The translations under genes and the position numbers were made by a program. This document shows positions 1 through 14,200 of a stretch of DNA of 62,000 nt, one piece after another. The notes beneath the pieces are model-generated. The model was given only the letters and a program-made list of their open reading frames with translations, searched no databases and was not told where the DNA came from. The DNA is from Vicugna vicugna (taxonomy: Eukaryota): positions 3,201,003-3,263,002 of the forward strand of contig MU058065.1 in assembly GCA_013265495.1 (NCBI GenBank), written 5' to 3'. The stretch's first letter is position 1, and every line of letters begins with the position of its first letter.

Positions 1-739
1 AAATATATTCAGACTTTACAAAGCTTTGGAGAAATAACTTCTGGAGTTCATGAAAATCATTCACGTCGTTTGGCAACAAAAAACACATAAACTGCAAGGA
101 GAAGTCAGCAATTTCCTTCTAAGTACACAAACTGTCTTTAACCACAGAACACATTTTTTTAATTGGCTGCTGAAACTTTTAGAATGCTTAAGCAGTACTC
201 TGGGTAAGTGTCTATACTTGTACCCAAATTGACTTCAGTTGTGTCTACACTTAGAATAAGATTAATGCAATTTTAAAAATTCAGTTCTTTTTAAACGTTA
301 GCCTTTATATTTTAAGTTGCCCACTAAAACTGGGTAAAAGCCTTTCAAATGACAGCATTACCTGTGTTTAATGAGACTTGATGGTTTGAAATGGAATGAA
401 TTCCTATTTAAAAAAAAATCCTCAGGCTTATCAGTTTGTAATTTAGATGTAGTAGAATTCACACTTTTTAGGTGTTTAGTTTTCACAAATGGGATGCTTT
501 TATTGTGATTTTTAGAGTTAGCCACTAGCACAGTGAAGAGCTATAGAACTGAATGGCAATAAGCAGGATAGGAATCACTGATAACATAGAGCAAACATTC
601 CCACCTGTACCGTGTGCTCAGGCAGAGGGGTGTGTCCTTAATATGAATAATCTCAGCTGCTTCTCCCATCCCTATAGAAAATGTTCCTTTATAATCTCTA
701 CAGATGAGAAAACTGAAGCTTGGAGAAGTTGTTTTCTTT

Positions 740-1180
740 CTGTTTTTTTAATTGAAGTATATTTGATTTACAATGTTGTGCTAATTTCTGGTGTACAGCA
801 TAGTGATTCAGTTATGCTTATATATACATATTCTTTTTCATATTCTTTTTTATTGTGGGCTACTATAAAATATTGGATATAGTTCCTTGTGCTATATAGT
901 AGGACCTTGTTGTTTACCTATTTTATATACAGTAGTTTGTATCTGCTAATCCCTAACTCCTAATTTATCCCTCCCCTATCTGGCTTCCCCTTTGGTAACC
1001 ATGTTTGTTTTCTAAGTCTGTGAGTCTCTGTTTTGTAAGTAAGTTCATTTGTATCATTTTTTCAGATTTCACATATAAATGATACCATATATTTGTCTTT
1101 CTCTTTCTGACTTACTTTAATTAGTGTGACAATCTTTAGGTCCATCTATGAGGCCACAAATGGTATTATTTCATTCTTTT
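740..1180 (-). mobile_element. L1 3'-end fragment
   Basis: Artiodactyl-type L1 3'UTR (TTGAAGTATA..TTTACAATGTTGTG..CTGGTGTACAGCATAGTGATTC); similar to 5925-6092, 10588-11286 and 37600-37920. Confidence 0.8.
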
Positions 1181-4100
1181 GTAAAGTTAAATTTTTTGAC
1201 CAAAGTCACATACCCAGGAGGTGGCAGGCTCCCAAGCAGGGAGAATTTCCTGCCTTGTCACTAAGTAGTTTTGAGATTTGGGGAAATTCATTTGGCCTGT
1301 TAGGGCTTCGTTTCTCTCATTTGCATAAAGAGAAGGTCCTAGTAGCTTTCTGGTCCCCAGGCGTCCTTGATTCCCTGTCAGAGCCCCACCATCTTGGCTC
1401 CCAAGTGGAAATAAAACGTCTGATCAGCAGCAGCCGCAGGGTTGAGAGTCTCAGACAGACAGCTCCAGAAGTTGAAGAAGCAAGGAAGAAGCGCCATGCA
1501 CGCTTGGACAGAGCCCAGCCTGCACCCGCGGGAATGGTCCCCGCTCCCTCGCCATCAGCAGCTGGCGCGTGGGCGAGTACAATGCCATCTCGCCGAGTTC
1601 AGGAGGTCAGAGAAACACATGTGAGGAAGTACATTCGGCCTCAGTCCAGCAGAACAATGTGGCCACTGTCTTCTGTCCTGGCTTCTCTGGCCTCATCACA
1701 TCTTCACAGACCACGAATAAAGGGACTGGAGTTGGCCGAGTCACCCTCATTCTCCCAGCTTTCAGTTCTGCGGTTGCCAAGCCACCCTCCACCACATCAC
1801 CCATTCGCTGCCTCCTCCCACCACGCTCTCAGCAATGAAGGTTCCTTATTGTCCGGTCGCCTCCCAGGGAATTGGGAACGTGAGACTGGAGAGCTGAGGA
1901 TCACAAGGACGCCTCTTCTCCCCACAGCAGTCAAGTGAGTCTGGAGACCCACTTCCAAATTCTGACTGCCATCAAATGGCTGTGAATTGGGGCACTCCAT
2001 TATTCATTATCTTTCTTTTTTTAAAATTGGGACTGAAGTCAAGAAGTAAACGGCATGTCCCGAATAATAATTGGGATGTTGAAGGACCTGTGGAGGATAC
2101 TGCTTCTTTCTGACCATCCAACACCCTGTCTCCACTATGCTTCAGATTTAGAGCAGCTTTTATCCATGGAGAATAGCGCAGTATCATATTATGCACCAAC
2201 CTAATGGGTTTTTTCTTTCCTTTTTGCAAATTTCCACCTTGCTTTTCCAGGGAACTTCAGATTGACAGAGTCTTCTTTTAGGTCTTTACATACATAGTGG
2301 GTACTCAGCAAATGCTTGCTGATTGTCTATCATGGGAATCGACAGATAAAGATGAAAATGACCCAGCCCCAGAGTGGTTAATTTTAAAAACCTCATTTTA
2401 TAGGATAAAGTTCCTTTCTTAGTGGCAGAATGTCTGTTTTTTTTTTTCGATCCCCAAATATCTAACTTATCCAGGGACTCAGTTTCTACCTTTGGAAGAG
2501 AAAATTAATAATAACTTCAAAAGGCTCCTGCAAAGACCAAGAGAGATAATGCGCTTTAATAATGGCCACGTGTGAGTCCCAAAGTAGGGCTTCCTGGCGC
2601 ATTTTACCTGATGGCTCTCAGGGTAAAGGATGGTATTTGTACCGTGCACTGGGGATAAACTGACAAGGCAGCACAAAGGGTGTTCTCACTGCCCCAGGGC
2701 TCCAGTAACCCTAAAGACTCCTGCTACTGCAGTTCCCTCTCAGCAACCCCCAGGGATGAGAAGATCAGTAATTCATCACACCTGCAGTGTCTGTGGCTCA
2801 AGGCACACCTCTTGAAAAGCTATTCTGAACTTTCAAACAAATGCGCAAATGGAATGGAATAGTCAGATTGATGTGAGTCAATCACTTTACCCTCCTTCAC
2901 TCATTGGTTACAGGGGACTAATCAGCAAGATTATAATAGTATTTATAAAAGTAATACAATGACATATTTGGGCCAGTGGTGAAAGTAGACGTGCTTTTGG
3001 TCACAAAACACAGAACGCCAGTCACCTCAGCTTTTTTGTTCTTGCCTAACAGGGAGACTTGAGTTAGACAGCTACGGTATTGGTTTGGGATTTGTTGATG
3101 CCAGGTGTTGGACTGGTGTCTCTGGAAATTCCTTTGACCTTGCCCATGTGGTGGAAAGATGGCCACGGGGAACGCCAAAATGGCATGATCACCCCGTTCA
3201 AAGCCAGCCTGCAGCATCTCGCTCCCAGTGCCCCCACTCCACATCAGGAAAGGCAAAGGTTCCCACAGGCCCCTGAGCAAGCTCCCTTATACTTTACTGG
3301 CCAGAACTGGGACACACGGGCACTCTTTGCTGAGAGTAAGACCGAGAAAAAGGTGTCTGACCTATTGGATGCCAGTCAGGGAGAAGCGGTTTGGAGAAGC
3401 CAGTTTGTAGTGTCTGGCTTGTTGCTCTGCAAAGCATTTCTGGTTACAACTGAAAGGGAAAAGCAAGTCTTTATTTCCCAATATTACTCAAACAAACTGA
3501 CTTCCTATTATTAAAATATATAGACAAAATTGAAAAAAAATAAAAACAGAGAATCTGTAATTTCTACAACATCTGCCAACCCTGTTGATATTTGGCAGCT
3601 TGGTCCATAATTTCACTCAGATTTCTGAAAATAGAAATTCTCACTTTCCCTCCTGAAAATTCCAGGATTCTTTCAAATGCCTTCCTGTCTTAAGCCCAAG
3701 AGCTCTGTTGTAAACTGCTTCTTCCCTCTGATCCATCTGTGCTGCTCTTCTTACTAATTACTTCACAGAGAGACTGCCGGTGCATTGATTTCTCAGTATC
3801 TTCTTGAGAAGTTAACTCTTTCATTATTAACTTTTTCATTATTATCATATAAAACAATACTAAAACTAATAAAAATGTTAAAACACATTTTAATGTTATA
3901 AACATGGTTTCTTAAGTCAAATAAATATTGGCTTGTTATAAAAAACAACAATCTCCTGCCTCACCTTCAACACCCTCAAGTCCCGCTTCCAGTCAATAAT
4001 TTTCAACTCATTTAGCTTTCCTTTATTCATTCGTATCTATATTCTAAATTACTGCTTAAATTGCTATTTCTTGATTTTTTAAAAAATTTTGGACGTCAGC

Positions 4101-6168
4101 TGTTGGCTTCTTCTATGCAATAGGAGGATTTAGCTCCCTTATACATTCCTGAATCTCCCCCCATCATCCCTGTATAGCTATGTCACTTTCTTTTTTCTTA
4201 CTGCTCTATTTTTTACATAGCATTCTGTTCTTGTTTTATTGTTGCAGATTTTTCTCTTATCTAACTAAAGATATAAATTACCATAAATTTCCTCCCACTG
4301 TCTTCATCCTTCCCACGTTTCTCATTCATTATATTTGCACCTGTTGAAGATTTTCTTGAAATGTCTGGCCATGACTACCACTGTGTCAGCTCTGTGTAAA
4401 TAGAGTTTCTTCATTGGTTGACCTCATTATATTGTGGCACATGGGGACCCACAAAGATTGGAATCTATAGGTCTTCTCTCTTGGGTTGGTTGACTTCCCC
4501 AAAGAGGAATTCTCCACTCTCCTGGTAGGATAACAGAAGACTGGCTGCCCAGAATTATGGAAATCTAGTGTAGGAAGAGGGTTGTTGGGATTGCCATTTG
4601 TTATAAAGATTTCACTCAGTCTGCTTTAAAGGCACCTCACCACTCCATCCTCCCCCATTGAGCTTGGTGTCCCAGTGTTTATTTCCAAGAGCAAAGATCC
4701 TGTGCTCCATTCAGTTAGGAGACAGAGAAGCTGCAGGAGCTAGGGCAGGGAATCTGGGAGTCTGCTCCTTTAAGAACCTTTCTTTGTTTTTGGTCCCCTC
4801 CACACCCAACTTTCAATAGCTGCTGCCTTCCATGGCTCTGACTTTCCAAGATTCTTCAATGAGAATCAGTTTGCTTCTAACTGGACTTTCCCCCTCCACT
4901 CTCTCTGGCATTAAGTTTCTGTTTTTTTCTGTTCTGATGAGTCAGTTACCACTTGTCCATCTGTTTTCCATTTTGCAAAATAGTGTTGACATCACTTTCT
5001 CCTCTTACTCTTTCCCTGTTCTCTGACTTTTTGACTAATTTTTTTTTACCAGTTTATTTCTTTATCCTCATTTCAGTGAAGATTCATGAAGGAATAGAGA
5101 TTAATGGAAGCATACAATTTATCATGTTTAACCGAAAGTAAAAATGTTTCATTTTAGGTGTCTAATACTATCTGGACAGAAGCCCACTGAGCTATTTATG
5201 TCTTTATGTAAGTGTGTGTATATAGAAACAAGAAAACAAATACATTTATAGCTTAGATGAGAGAAGAACTATATTTCCCTTGTAGCCTGCTGTGCCAATA
5301 TAATGCGTACACTTCTGAGCCTTGGCATTAACATACAACCGTGTGCTTCTCTGCTGTCTCTCTGTTTTTCCCGTGGTCTAGAATGTGAGTGTGGCAGCAG
5401 CTAGCTTCAACTACACAGACAAGGGCAACACCCTAGATGATGGTGGCACAAAAAATGGAAGGAATTTGGGTCTTTTATTGAACACACCCAGCATCCTGGA
5501 CCGTTCACCTCCAGACTACTATGTGAGAAAGAAATTAATTTCTTACTTAGGCCTCCATAGTTTGGGGTCTCTGCTATGACAGCTCAGCCTGTACCCTAAT
5601 GAAATTCCATTGACTGGTTAACAAGGCAAGTCTACGGATGAGCTGTATTATCTATTGCCTGGGGTCACTTAAAAGTATACAGAATCTTGGACACCACTCG
5701 CAGATTCTGATTCAGTAAGTCTGAGGTAAGGGGCAGAAATCCTTTTTTTTTTTTAACTACCTAGATGTTTCTGATACATTGCCAAGATTGTGAACCATTG
5801 ACTTTATCCCATTAACTCTAAAATATTTTCTTTACCTTCCCATGGTTTTCCTATTCCTCATTCATTTTCTTTGAATCTCCTTATTGTCTTCTGATTTCTT
5901 TGTTAAAATTAATTTAAAAAAATTTTTTTATTGAAGTATAGTTGATTTACAATGTGTTAATTTCTTGTGTATAGCATAGTGATATATATCATATGTATAT
6001 GTGTATATATGCATATATATATATTCCTTTTCATATTCTTTTTCATTATAGGCCATTACAAGGTATTGAGTTTAGTTCCCTGTGCTCTACAGACAGTATG
6101 GGTCCTAAAGTGGTAAAACGGAGAGTTGACGCCTTGCTCCTTCCTGCCTTCAACATAGATGTGGTAAC

Positions 6169-6740
6169 TGTCGCAGAAGAGTGTGTTACAGCTCAGTGTT
6201 ACAGCTCAGTTGTAACAGCAACCTGGATCCAGGCAAGAGACCAAGCAGCACTTGGAGAGTTGGAGAACTCACATTTATTATGCCAGCAGGCCCAGAGGAG
6301 TTAACACTCCAAGCTCTGGACCCCATCTGTAGGTTTACACAGGCTTCTATAGGCTGCCAGTTTACATTTTGCAACATCATATGCAAATACGGTATAACAA
6401 AAGTTGACTAATTAGGAACAAGCTTTGCAGAAATAGACCAATCAGGAGTGAGAGAAATGGATCAATCAGGAGTGAAAGCAGTAACCAATCAGGAGTGAGG
6501 GAAATAACCAATCAGGAGTGAGCTCCATGCAAATGAAGCATTACAAATGGACCCATCAGGAGTTAGCTTAGGGAACCAATAGAATTTTAGGGGTAAGTTC
6601 CACTTTCCTAGAAGTAAACCGTTTCAGAGGCAAAAAGTGAGATAAAGCCTCTGGGCCAGGGAACCGGATGGTGTTGGCAGGAGAGTAATGGCCCTGCCTG
6701 GGGGTTCCGCCAGTCTTTTTTTATGGGGCTTCCCGCCTCA
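6169..6740 (-). mobile_element. ERV1-type solo LTR with CCAAT tandem array
   Basis: TG...CA termini; imperfect 4-bp TSD (TAAC/AAAC); minus-strand AATAAA near 6275; U3 tandem CCAATCAGGAGTGA repeats. Confidence 0.8.
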
Positions 6741-8240
6741 AAACAAGCATGAGGCTGACTGCATTTCCATTTGATATATTGCTTGTTTTTGGCCAAAGAT
6801 CTAATGCTTTCTTGGGCATCTGGCACTGGAGATGATTTGAAGCAGTCTATAGTTTTTCTAAACCTAATCTCCACAATGGTCACTGGGGAAAGACAGATGC
6901 TTCCCATGGGAAACTTTGTTTCTCTAGGAATTTGATTGTGGTCACGTAACCCCAGGCTCCAACTGAGGGGAGTTCAACTTTAGCCCAAGTTAAATCTGCC
7001 AAGGTATTTGGAGTGGAAGGATATAAAAAGTTTAAAAAGCTGTGTTCCAGGATTAAATGTGCTCATTTAACTGTGCCAAAGATGTAAAAGCATCAGTGTC
7101 TTCGTTCTTGCTACTCAGTGGATCTTCCGTAAAGGAGAGAGGGTTTTATTATTTTAAGTAAATACTCAGCTGGAATTTAATATTCTTATATGCAATTCTC
7201 CTTTTTATGAAGTTTTATAAGTGACAGTTTAGATAATGAAATCTCTAGCAGAGCCATTCCACCTATAGTCCTTTTGGGAGCAAGGTATAAATAAATACAG
7301 AAATCAGATTTACATAAAGTATATATTTATATTAAATAAAATAAATCCATTTTATAAATAAATAAATAAACATTTAACAAGTACAAGGTGGAACAAAACA
7401 AAAATAAAAACTTACAATAAATGCTACATAAAGATTAAGGCATTTTTCTAATATTTCAGACCTCTAAGTATATGTTGAATTTCAAAAGTCCCAGACTCTT
7501 GGCACCCATTCCTTAAAAATATTCTAGAAATCCATTATAGGAGAAAATAATTTATCCTTGTAGAGGGGCAAATTGAAGTTCAAAAAAGATGATCACAGTC
7601 AGTCACAGAATAACTCTCTCCACAGGATGCAGGCTCAGGGAATATTCCCTGAGGTTAGTCTTAAGGCCAATTAGACAAAAGAGGCTATTAAGGAGAATTC
7701 ATGACAGTGTCTCACTCAGGTGTATGTTGGCCTCCCAGAACCTGAAGCCCGTCATGCACATTGAACTCCCAGTTTCACAGGCTACAGAGCTAAGCTGGAA
7801 TTACTCGTTTTCCAAAACTTAGTTTAAAAGCTGCTCTTGGAAATATTAAAAAAAAAAAAAAGCCTCCCTGTTGTCCCTCCTAAAGTTAGAGGTTGCTGCT
7901 AGCTCTGCCTTCCTGCCTGCGGTGGCCTAACTTCCCACTTTTCTAGGGACCAAGGGAGGTTTCACTGCTAAAACCGGGAGAGTCCTGGGCAAACTGCGAC
8001 AAGTTGATCACCTTATTCTGACTCTTCTGCTTGAGACTCCCCTTCATGCTCACCTAGGTCCTTCTCAGCCTTGCAAGCCCAAGTCAATTCCACCCTCTCC
8101 ATGACTCCTCCCAGACTCCTCAGCCAGGAAATGCATCTGGGCATCTGCATCTCGGCAGTGAGGCCAGAGCTCCAGGCTGGTGCTGCTCTTGTGACATCAG
8201 CTTCCCTCTCTCTCTCCTATGCAATACTTTTCTAACTGTG

Positions 8241-8258
8241 GCCCCCTAGATGGCAGCA
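8241..8258 (+). promoter_or_regulatory. Candidate CTCF site
   Basis: GCCCCCTAGATGGCAGCA; one mismatch to the CTCF core. Confidence 0.45.
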
Positions 8259-10587
8259 CACGTGTCTTTGCCTTGGTTCTTTTCACGAGTCAGTTCTTGA
8301 TCGAAATTGTCAAATTGATTGGGGAGATGTTCAGAAGGACTGAGCCCCGAACATCTTCCTCCACGCCACATCCAGACTTCTTGCATTTACTTGCAGAAAC
8401 ATACCTTGCAGCATGAGCTTCGACTCCCTCCAGGAAAGTCTTTGAAGCAGGAAATTCCAACTGAATCTAGTAACCACAAACAAAGCTGAAAGTAATTCTT
8501 CAGCGGATTCTTGCCAAGTAATTCTGGCAGAGAATAGCCCTGATGGAACTCAGTGAATTAGCAGAAAACACATTACATACCCTAGACAGAGGATCAGACT
8601 GAAGCCGCTGTGTCCCTACGTTTCATAAAAACTAGACCCCAGAGCCAAGAGAAATCACAGACAGGACGGAAGAGAAATTTCTCCTTTGAAATAATGGCCC
8701 TGGGGCAGTTTCTAAGCCTGTCAAGATGTGGAAAGGGAAATAACATCTGCAATAGTCAGGCCAAAAGGATGTGGTAGCAGCTTCAGAGCAATTCAGAAGT
8801 GCAGAACCAATAGCTCCTTATGCAGAGGGACTTCTCTGGCTACAGTGAGCACGAGGGCACACAGCTCTGCCAACGCTCTGCCATCTGAACACAGCAGTTG
8901 TAGCCAAATGATCCTGATGGTTTGTTTCACAGAACTCCCAACAATAACCATGTAAATACATCCTACTAACGGTCACATTGCCTGTGCAGATTTAAACACC
9001 ATCTTACTATTCTGTTTTCACTTGACTGTTTGAGCCTTGCGCTAGTTGCTCATATCACCTGTCAACTTGGCATAGAATTGGGGGAGGGACATATAGGCTT
9101 TCAGAATCAACTGTAACTTTCAGCTAAGATTTTCAATGGTCTAGATATCTACGTTAAGATAGTAGATTCATGAATCAAGTAAGTAGCAAAGATCCTTATC
9201 ATAGATAAGGTAGAGCTAAGAAAATGTGAACTGCTAATGCAGGAATCACTCCTTCACATTATCAGGACAGGGCCGAGAAGAGGACAGAACTTCCCTCACT
9301 GGGGCACCATTTCTGAGATAACATTTCACTCAGGCAGCACCGGATGTGCTCCTGCCATCTGTTACTGAAATGAAAGTCCTCCTCCAGGACAGGGACACAC
9401 CATGGCATGGAACGTGAACAGTCCTTGAGTAGAGTCTCAAGATCTCCGCCTCCTCTCCAGGCAGTCTTCCTGCTTCCTTGCTAGCTCTTCCCTACTTCTG
9501 TGGTCCTTTGACCTGACCTCTGACAGACGTAAGCTTCTTGGGTTGCATCTTGCAATTCAACTTATCTCCTTTGCTTCCTCTTATTTTCCTTTTTCCTGGA
9601 TTATGGGCAAAGTAGAAACCAACGTTTTGAAAAAGACTTGAATAACAGAAGTTAGAAAAGGGGAGGCATGTGGATGGATGTGTGATCAAGGTCTCCCCTG
9701 GTTGCGAAGGTCACGCCTTCCTCTGGAGGTACAGGGTTTTTAAGGGCAGACATGCCTGTGTCCTGGTTTGAAACAACATAGTGAGTTGCTTCCTCTGGAA
9801 ATACCGTAATGTCACTATGCCGTATCTCCTGTGTTTACTTGTATTAATAATTGCACTAAGTTCAATCAACTATATATTATTCAAAATACTTAAATCAAAT
9901 CCATCTTTAAAAAAATAGCTTTAAAAAAAGTGTAGCTAATTCCCAAATGAATCATACTTGCTTTTATTTCAAGTGATTTAAATTTCTTTTATTTGGGTAT
10001 TATTTCAATAACAGTAATGAATATATATCTATATACCAATGTCTGTATTTATATCTAGATAATACATAAGTGCTTCTGCAAATAAAATCATTTAATGTGA
10101 CTTACATTCTATATGCATGAATTCAACGTTATTTTAAAGTTATGTGAATTTGAAATTACAAATTACGTGATACTGCTTACAGAGTCAACCAATCTAACAT
10201 AGATCACAGATAGATTCCTTTATTTCAGCATCACATGTAAAAATGTCAATACCAGGTCAAACTAAAGATCAAACTTCTTTTGCATCTGGAATTTCCAGAG
10301 ATGCTGTTGGCGAACCGGAGAAGGCAGGGAAGGAGATATCAAACAGTTTTTTCTTAAATTTGGAACACACAGCAATTGTATGGACAGAGAAACATATACA
10401 TATACACATGTGAGAAATAAAATGAATTTAACACAGTTTGGAAGAACGTCCTTTCCACAGCTAATCCTCTACGTAGTAATAGTAAAAAAATCAATTTTTA
10501 ACTAAACAGGTATTATTCATATAACACTTTAAATGTTTAACTTAGACAACAAATATTAGTCAACTGAAGAAATTTTCTTATTCTGTC

Positions 10588-11286
10588 CTTTTTTATTGAA
10601 ATATAGTCGGTTTACAATGTTGTGTTAACTTCTGGTGTACAGCATAGTGATTCCATTATACAAATATATATTTCTTTTCATAGTGTTTTTCATGACAGGC
10701 TATTACAAGGTATTGAATATAGTTCTCTATGCTATACAGTAGGACCTTGTTGTCTATTTTATAGCAGTTGGTATCTGCAAATCTTGAACTCATGATTTAT
10801 CCCTTCCCACCCTTTTCCCCCCCAGTAACCATAAGTTTGTCTTCTATGACTGTGAGTATGTTTCTGTTTTGTAAATACATTCATTGCATCACTTTTTTAG
10901 ATTCCACATATAAGCGATATCATATGGCATTTTTCTTTCTCTTTCGGATTTACTTCACTTAGTATGACAATCTCCAGGTCCATCCACGTTGCTGCAAATG
11001 GCATTATTTTATTCTTTTTGTGGTTGAGTAGTATTCCATTGTGTATATGTGTGTGTGTGTGTGTATACACCACATCTTCTTTATGCAATAATCTGCCCAT
11101 AGACATTTAGGTTGCTTCCACGTCTTGGCGATCGTAAATAGTGCTGCTACAAACATTGAGTGCATGTATCTTTTCAAATTAGAGTTTCCTCTGGATATAT
11201 ACCCAGGAGTGGGGTTGCTGGATCAAATGTTAAGTATATTTTTAGTTTTTTGAGGAAATACTGTTTTCCATAGCGGCTGCACCATT
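10588..11286 (-). mobile_element. L1 3' fragment (ORF2 end + 3'UTR)
   Basis: L1 3'-end signature peptide [20 protein letters not shown] in ORF 10897..11106; internal (TG)n. Confidence 0.88.
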
Positions 11287-14200
11287 ACTCTGTCATTTTA
11301 ATGGTGGACACAACATTTTCCCATCTCTCTGACTTTAGAATAGAATCATAGCTAGGTGCACATATAAATAACCTTCACAATCATGTTCCCCTTCTCATTT
11401 AAGAGGTAAAGAATATGGGATCACTTACCCAGAGCCAGCAAGTTAGAGAAAGAGACGGCACATGCCCCAGGACTCCAGAGCCCCACACCCAGAGCATGGG
11501 CTCTGGTCAGAGGACCCGGAGTCATGCCCGAGCTCCATTACCACCATCAGGGTTGCCTGATCAAAGCTCTTATCCCCACTGAGCCCCAGCATCCTATGGG
11601 TTAAAAATAGTATCAATCTATAGGGCTATTTTAAGAGCTAAATGCCACAATGTACATAAAATACTCAGCCCTGAATCTGGCACGTTGGAGGCGGTCAATA
11701 AATACTGACTGTTATCTTTACACGATAATATTTACTCAGTCTTAAGTCTTAAGCTTAAGTATTAATAAAATATTGGGGAAAATTAAAGTCAAACAGTATT
11801 TTACACAATAATAAAACAGCATGATCTTTACCCAATAAAATACTTTAAAAGAGTATTGAAAACACCTATCTTGATAACGAACATCAGAAATGCCAACAGG
11901 TCTCAGAAATCAAGGCATAAACTTTGTTGTCCAAAGTGCTGGCATCAAAGGGAGGCAATTTCATTTTTTACCCATGAAAAAAACAGAATTTGGTGTTTAA
12001 CTTCTTCCATTATTTTGACAAGAGTATGATGGACTGGAGTTTATAAAACGTCTTCATTGAGACATAATTCACAAACCATAAAATCCATCCATCTGAAGTG
12101 CAGCGTTTAGGGGGTTTTTGTGTATTCACAGAGTTGTGCAACCATCACCACCATCTAACTCTGAAACATTTTCATCATCCAAAAAGAAACCCGGGAGCCA
12201 CCAGCGGTGATTCAGCTGATTGGGAATTTGCACATTTTTTGACGGGTTTTTTACTATTTCAGGACCTGGAGGTGTCACACTTTTTGCAACCACGTGAGAC
12301 CACAGCAGTTTCCCAACTTGTTTCCTCTTACTGTCCTTGGCTCCTGCTTCATCCTGCACACCCACATTTCCCGTCAGCCCTGCCCTTGCTTTCTGTTCTG
12401 TGTTTGATCTCACCAAGTGGATTTCAAGGACTGACTCTTCAGGAGGAGAATTTGCAGAGCTCACCATTTCCTTGCAATTCCCTTGCTTGTCTTAACCTCA
12501 AGTCCAAGTTTTAATTCAGCCTTGTCAAAGCTGGGAAAAGGAAAAGCATTCCACACCTACACATTTGTAACTGGGGCATAAAGCACATTTATTGGTCAAA
12601 AGTTTACAAATTGAGAGGTTGGTTTTTTTTTTTTTGGCATTTTAATGGAGGTTTTTTTTTGTGCAAATTTTATTTTTTAATGATGTCTAGTTCATTTACT
12701 ATGTTATTTTCAGGTGTACAGCAAAGCAATTCGGTTGTACACATACACACATGTATATATTTTTTCAGATTATTTTCCGTTATAGCTTATTACACAAAAT
12801 TGAATATAGAACAAACTGAGAGCTTTTAAGAAACCCACAGCAACCTGTACAATAAAGAAAATATAAAAATTCACCATCTCCTATAAAGAGTTTAACAGAT
12901 AATTAACGTTATTCCCTAGTTTTGGATGATATAAAAGATATAGTTACAAAAGAGAAAACCTATTAGATAAATTTCTCTGATCTTTTTAGTTGACATTTAA
13001 ATTATTTCTTAGAAACACTATGACTAAAGGTCACCGTGATGCTGGAGAAATTTCAGTAGCAATTTGTGTTTTATATGCACCAAGAGAGTGACACAATCAT
13101 TTGAACTCACTGCGCATCTTAGAGGAACACAATCAAGTCAAGGTGGTACAGGAAACGGAAAAGTCATCAGATAAACCTGCATCTCCAACTAGATGCCATT
13201 CCTGTGGCAGAAAAAAGCCAAGCAGAGACCACAGAGGTAGAGCCAGAAGGGACCTTGGAGATCATTTGCTCCTAACTCTATCCACACGGACACCACTGAG
13301 CCCAGGGCACCCAGCCAGTTAAGGGAAGGTCAGAGGCGAAAGGATTATTTGAAAATGGGAGCCTGGGGAGTAGAAAAGAGTGGGACGGTTATTCTCAGGT
13401 TGTCTCAACATGACTGCACCCCCATAAAGGAAGGTTTGAAAAATAACCAGAAGGACCTCAGGCTCCAAGTTGGACTGGAAATGAAATAGGAGAGAATCAT
13501 GCAATTCTTGGGAATACAAGAAAGGTCTGATTTATCCTTTTCCCAAGAAAGCCTAAGATCATTCTTAACCAGAATCTAAGAGCTATTAAAGAAAAAAAAA
13601 AAAAAAAGGCAGCTGGGCTGACCCAGCTGGATGAGGCTGGGGCCGGCTTGGACTTGGGGCTGGGGGCTGTCAACGAGGTGAGAGAAGATCTACTTGTACC
13701 GCTGTCTGAGTAGTGGGATTGCTCCGGCTCCACTAATGACCACAACACAACACAGCAGAGAGGGGAGATGTCTGCACTCCCCTCTGCAGGAGGCACCTGG
13801 CCCCACCCTGCTGCTGCGATGCAGAAGGCTCCCGTGGCTAAGCTGCTGCTGGAAACTTGGACTTTACCCAGGACGGATCACCAAAATAACCCTTGCAAAG
13901 GGAAACATCAACAATGCAGTGTGCTGGTCTCAAGAAAGAAAAATACTCTCCATCCCAGTAAGACAGAGCTTGCTTCAGAGTCGTTAAATCTCTCGCCTTA
14001 AGTACCCTGTGTTTTGACACATCTGTTTTATAGGAGGATTCTTAGGTTTATGGATCTACAGTCATGGAAGAGTAGTACCTCCCGTTCAGTCCAGAACGTG
14101 GTCTCAGTTCTAGCCAGTATTAAACCTCACTGGGGTTCCACTGCTTCACTGGCAGAAGAAACAGCTGACAGATGGTGAAGTCCCTTCCAGCTCTAAAACT

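Noticed and set aside
1126..1938. 270-aa ORF
   Set aside because: Starts at a GTG inside an antisense L1 fragment, has Ser/Pro/Arg-rich composition and no recognisable domain; probably a chance ORF.
6438..6580. CRISPR-like repeat/spacer array
   Set aside because: Mammalian DNA, 23-24 bp period with similar short linkers, no cas genes; it is an LTR U3 tandem repeat.
13500..13610. ATTAAA plus A-run suggesting another retrocopy
   Set aside because: No TSD and no recognisable parent sequence upstream.
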